Shown here: in pieces, positions 27,915 to 32,000 of the stretch
Layout: every line of letters starts with the position of its first letter
How positions within the stretch are numbered: the stretch's first letter is position 1
From: Nitrosomonas sp.
GTDB lineage: Bacteria; Pseudomonadota; Gammaproteobacteria; Burkholderiales; Nitrosomonadaceae
Length of the DNA: 32,000 bases
Direction of reading: 5' to 3'
Assembly (NCBI GenBank): GCA_016710135.1
Contig: JADJLM010000004.1
Location: forward strand, 1-32,000
Program-made: the position numbers and the translations under genes
The notes under the pieces: generated by a model
Database searches by the model: none
What the model saw: the letters and a program-made list of their open reading frames with translations, nothing else
Told to the model about the DNA's origin: nothing

Positions 27915-29185
27915 TTAGCAGATCATTCCAGCAGCAACCGTATTGTTAGTTGTTTCATCAATTATAATAAAACTACCTGTAGCACGATTGCGACTGTATA
28001 TATCAAAAACAAGCGGTTGTTGAACTTTCATCACAACACGAGCAATATCATTCATCTTTAGAGACTCTGTTTTTCTTGATTAAGCGTATTAACATCAACA
28101 CGATAGTCAATTTGACTCACGAGACCTTTTACCATTCGTGTAGTATGCTTAACAATATACTTACGTCCAGAACTCAAAGGTTGCTCCGACAACCAACATA
28201 ACATCGCCGTGAATTCTTTATCGACTCGCGGTTGATCGCCTGATTTTACTAGCATATCCCCGCGTGAGATATCCAAATGATCTTCGATTGTCACTGTAAC
28301 CGATTGGGGAGCAAAAGCTTCTTCAAAATTGCTTTGATAAAGTAAAATTTCCTTAATTCGAGAATGTAATCCGGAAGGCTGTATCGTTACAGCATCGCCA
28401 ACCTTAATTAAGCCGGACTCAACCCGACCCATATAGCCTCTGAAATCATGAAGCTCTTCTGTTTGAGGTCGGCAAACCCACTGAACCGGAAAGCGAAAGT
28501 CATCCAAATTAACGTCGTGCTCAATATCAACATTTTCCAGCAAGTCAATTAGCGTCCTTCCTTGATACCAATTGAGTTGATCACCGCGCTCCACAACCAT
28601 ATCGCCATTCAAGGCCGACATCGGAATATATTCAACATTACGCAAATTAAGATTCTGCGAAAATACCGCAAAATCACTGCAAATTTGAGTAAATACATCT
28701 CGTGAATATTCCACTAAATCCATCTTATTTACTGCCACAACAATATGAGGAATACCGACAAGGCTGGCAAGATAGGTATGGCGCCGAGATTGCGTCAAAA
28801 CCCCTTTACGCGCATCAATAAGAATGATCGCCAGATTTGCTGTAGAGGCGCCTGTCACCATATTCCTTGTATACTGCTCGTGACCAGGTGTATCCGCAAT
28901 AATAAATTTACGCTTGGGTGTCGCAAAATAGCGGTATGCCACATCTATCGTGATACCCTGCTCCCGCTCTGCTTGTAAACCATCGGTCAATAACGACAAA
29001 TCAACATTTTGCATACCTCGCTTACTGGATGTTTTCGCAATAGAGCTTAGCTGATCTTCAAATATTGATTTTGAATCATGTAATAAACGACCAATTAGCG
29101 TACTTTTCCCATCATCTACACTACCCGCTGCAATAAAACGAAGTAGTTCAGCACGATCAAGTCCTACATTTTCAACTACCGACAT
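27915..29185 (-). CDS. cysN: Sulfate adenylyltransferase subunit 1 (GTPase, no APS-kinase domain), frameshifted as written at 28070-28074
   Basis: G motifs GSVDDGKST, DTPGHEQY and NKMD are present. ORF 28058-29185 stops at ..NQEKQSL*. The conserved C-terminus LKMNDIARVVMKVQQPLVFDIYSRNRATGSFIIIDETTNNTVAAGMIC* continues in another frame to the stop at 27915-27917. Confidence 0.9.
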
Positions 29186-29201
29186 TTGATAACCTTCTGT
29201 A

Positions 29202-30148
29202 TTAAACTTTTAGATTAATTGTTTTCCGTATCAGATTCACAAAATTAAAAATAGCCTTCTTTTTTCGCAATTCCATCGAAGCATCTGAAGTCTGATCATC
29301 CATGCGAGTGGCACCTCTTTCAGTGATACGAGTCATTGCCGTTTCAGCAATAATTTCGCCAACACTCGCTGCGTTAGACGCAACAGGACAAGTACAGCTC
29401 ATATCTCCTACCGTGCGAAACCGAACCATAACTTTCTCAACCTTCTCACTTTCTTTCGGTTGTACAAGATGCGAAACCGGTAATAAACCTGAATCACGAG
29501 GAATAACCTCACGCCAATGCGCAAAATAAATTGATGGAACTTCGAGATTCTCGCGAGCTATGTATTCCCACACATCGAGTTCAGTCCAGTTACTAATTGG
29601 AAACACTCGGATATTTTCGCCAGGGTGCGTTTTAGTATTGTACAAGCTCCATAATTCCGGACGCTGATTCTTTGGATCCCATTGACCAAACTCATCTCGG
29701 AAAGAAAAGATACGCTCTTTTGCACGCGCCTTTTCTTCATCGCGTCGAGCACCACCAATACAGGCATCAAAACTGAATTCAGCAATAGCATCTAACAATG
29801 TAATTGATTGAAATGGGTTTCTACTTTGATTTTCCGACCGCAGCACCACCCGACCTTTTTTAATCGAATCATCCATACTTCTTACAATAAGCTTTTCCCC
29901 CAGTTCTTTCGCCCGGTAATCGCGAAATGCGATCACCTCAGGAAAATTATGTTCTGTATCAATGTGTAAGAGGGGAAACGGGAATCGCCCTGGACGAAAC
30001 GCTTTCTCTGCAAGACGAAGCAACACAATAGAGTCTTTTCCTCCCGAAAAAGTAAAGCAGGATTAGTACACTCAGCAGCAACTTCTCGCATGATATGTAT
30101 GGCTTCACTTTCTAGGGCATCCAGATGCGTAAAAGATCGATGGCTCAT
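29202..30148 (-). CDS. cysD: Sulfate adenylyltransferase subunit 2, with two frameshifts as written (30047-30051 and 29260-29265)
   Basis: The N-terminal ORF reads MSHRSFTHLDALESEAIHIMREVAAECTNPALLF. In another frame it continues SGGKDSIVLLRLAEKAFRPGRFPFPLLHIDT.. (PP-loop). The tail reads ..SMELRKKKAIFNF.., but one added A gives the canonical ..SMELRKKEGYF* with a stop at 29245-29247. Confidence 0.9.
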
Positions 30149-30192
30149 TTTTCTACTAGATCATTAAAATTAATTGTTTACTTAAATACTTA

Positions 30193-30885
30193 CTATGCTC
30201 GGTTTACGTGTAATCCACATTCTTTTGAATCAGGATTTTCCCACCACCAACGTCCAGACCGAATATCTTCTCCTGGCGTAATAGCTCGAGTACAAGGCGC
30301 GCACCCTATACTGGGATAAAAATGATCATGCAGCTTGTTATAGGGCACATCGTGTTGCTTGAGGTAGCTCCAAATTTCTGCATTACTCCAGTCACATAAT
30401 GGATTAAATTTCTGTATCGCGTGTTCAGCATCAAATTGCGATACCGATAAGCTATCACGCGTAATGGCTTGTTCACGGCGCATGCCTGTTATCCAAGAAC
30501 GTTTGCCTGCCAAGGCTCGCCGTAAGGGCTCCACTTTGCGGATATAGCAGCAACGTTTACGTAGCTCAACAGTTTGATAAAAGCCATTGGGGCCATTTTG
30601 GGCCATATAGCTTTCCACTGCAGCCGCCTCGGGAAAATACATCTTAATATCAATATGATATTTATCTCTCACCGTTTGAATCAGCGAATAAGTTTCCTCA
30701 GGGAGTCTGCCCGTATCAAGCGTAAACATCTCAATATCTGGAAAATAGTGCGCGATGATATCTGTTAAAACCATATCCTCAGCACCAAAACTATTCGCAA
30801 ATACAGTTGGCATATAGTTTCGCTGCACATCCTCCAATAGAAGAGATATCTCTTTAACTTTATGCTCAGTATTAATTCCGGTCAT
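30193..30885 (-). CDS. cysH: Phosphoadenosine phosphosulfate/adenylylsulfate reductase, Fe-S (APS-reductase-like) type
   Basis: The Cys pair RKRCCYIRK plus IGCAPCT matches the Fe-S cluster signature of APS-type CysH. The C-terminal catalytic motif KECGLH is present. The 230-aa ORF is intact. Confidence 0.9.
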   Translation of the reverse strand: MTGINTEHKVKEISLLLEDVQRNYMPTVFANSFGAEDMVLTDIIAHYFPDIEMFTLDTGRLPEETYSLIQTVRDKYHIDIKMYFPEAAAVESYMAQNGPNGFYQTVELRKRCCYIRKVEPLRRALAGKRSWITGMRREQAITRDSLSVSQFDAEHAIQKFNPLCDWSNAEIWSYLKQHDVPYNKLHDHFYPSIGCAPCTRAITPGEDIRSGRWWWENPDSKECGLHVNRA

Positions 30886-30913
30886 TGTGCTAATTGGCGC
30901 TTATTTACGAAAT

Positions 30914-32000
30914 TTATAGCGTAGTAGTCGACTGCTGAGCACGCTTCGTTGGTATCGTTGACACAGTTTTAGGTAACGCACCTGCCAAATCAAGTTGACG
31001 ATCAAAACCAATACAAAAATCAGCCACTTCGGAAGTCCATTCATCAAGCGCAGCATACCATTCTGTCAAGGCGCCATCGGTTAGCTCTTCAGCCGGGGTT
31101 GAAAAAAGTTGCGCAAATTTAGCTAACTCAAGCGCGATATTAGGTTTCGTTGGTAAGACACGTTTAAGTTCTTCAGCTTGCTCTAACAGATTTTCATATT
31201 TCTTACCGCCAACTAACTGCGCTAAGCCTTGACTAATCAACCGCGCTATCTCCTCTGCACATTTTAAGGAATCCTCTAATTTACGCTGAAACTTAAGCGC
31301 ATTACGATAATTTCGTTCATTCGCCGCGTCAAAGAAAGTAGTACCAATTTGAAGTTGTTTGGCACCAGCACATTCCCCCCCACCCAATTGCAATACTCTA
31401 AAATCATCCCCTTGACCATGATCTCTTAAAACAGAATGCAAATCTTCTTGCTTAACTTCAACCACATCCGCCAGCAATTCAGTAAAATAGCTTTGTCCAA
31501 CTCGCCTCGTCCAATTGAAAAATGACTCACCAGTCTGACGATCTGTTGCATAAGCTGACTGAACGCGCGTAACCGCCACCTCTACACGCGCACTGGGTAC
31601 TGAAGGTCCTTTAAACGCCAACCCTCCTGAAGCCATACCATCGCCCCCAAAATACATCTGATAATGAGGAACAAGTTTGCCAAACATCCGTTTTCCTTCC
31701 CCATAAATCCCAATATCACCACTCTCAGGTTGAGCACAGCCATTATGACAGCCAGAAACTCTAATGCGTAAATCATCTTTGCCACCTGTAAGCTTTGCCC
31801 CTAAGGTAGGACTGGAAGTTATACCCAATCGACACGTTGATGTCCCTGGGCAAGCGACAACGTTATCTCCAGCTTTGGGCAGGCCTAACCCTAACCCGTT
31901 TAATGCGGTTTGAATACCTGCAATTTTAGTTTCTGGTACATCGACCAACATTAAATTCTGGTCTTGGGTAGTTCGTATTTCTTTCAAATCATATTGCTTG
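30914..32000 (-). CDS. cysI: Sulfite reductase hemoprotein (siroheme/4Fe-4S, NirA/SirA-like), 5' end beyond the window; carries a ~150-aa C-terminal extension
   Basis: CPGTSTCRLGITSS and RVSGCHNGCAQP are siroheme/Fe-S ligand motifs. The frame is open to position 32000. It heads the cysH-cysD-cysN string. Confidence 0.85.
   Translation of the reverse strand, partial: KQYDLKEIRTTQDQNLMLVDVPETKIAGIQTALNGLGLGLPKAGDNVVACPGTSTCRLGITSSPTLGAKLTGGKDDLRIRVSGCHNGCAQPESGDIGIYGEGKRMFGKLVPHYQMYFGGDGMASGGLAFKGPSVPSARVEVAVTRVQSAYATDRQTGESFFNWTRRVGQSYFTELLADVVEVKQEDLHSVLRDHGQGDDFRVLQLGGGECAGAKQLQIGTTFFDAANERNYRNALKFQRKLEDSLKCAEEIARLISQGLAQLVGGKKYENLLEQAEELKRVLPTKPNIALELAKFAQLFSTPAEELTDGALTEWYAALDEWTSEVADFCIGFDRQLDLAGALPKTVSTIPTKRAQQSTTTL

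Overview
The window looks like chromosome from a low-GC betaproteobacterial ammonia oxidiser of the Nitrosomonas type. I base this on remembered N. europaea AmoC/AmoA/AmoB sequences and on gene order, not on a database search. The core is a complete minus-strand ammonia monooxygenase cluster, amoC-amoA-amoB-amoE(orf4)-amoD(orf5)-copC-copD, followed by a His-rich periplasmic protein (10.2-17.9 kb). To its right lie tsaC/sua5, cbbY and a Sel1-repeat protein. Further right, on the minus strand, are pntAA-pntAB-pntB, a roughly 1178-aa multidomain flavo-Fe-S oxidoreductase, and a cysI-cysH-cysD-cysN sulfate-assimilation operon that runs off the right edge. The left 8 kb looks accessory or decaying. 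It holds phased 22-bp tandem repeats, a degenerate group II intron, and a more G+C-rich pair made of a Wzz/PCP-type protein with an integrase-like but catalytically dead tail plus an unknown 226-aa ORF. It also holds glutathione peroxidase, a Lon-like AAA+ protease with one in-frame TAA, and an internally deleted yfcH-like gene. The main technical observation is that many genes are broken by single missing bases, mostly in homopolymer runs: cysD twice, cysN, the oxidoreductase, amoD and the intron RT. Adding one base back restores canonical motifs each time, so sequencing or assembly error must be separated from real gene decay before any biological reading. I found no tRNA, rRNA or CRISPR. 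The best candidate for something undescribed is the orphan PCP/dead-recombinase module. Secondary leads are a possible N-terminally extended AmoA, the amoC-amoA hairpin and the CopD-cytochrome c-thioredoxin-like fusion.
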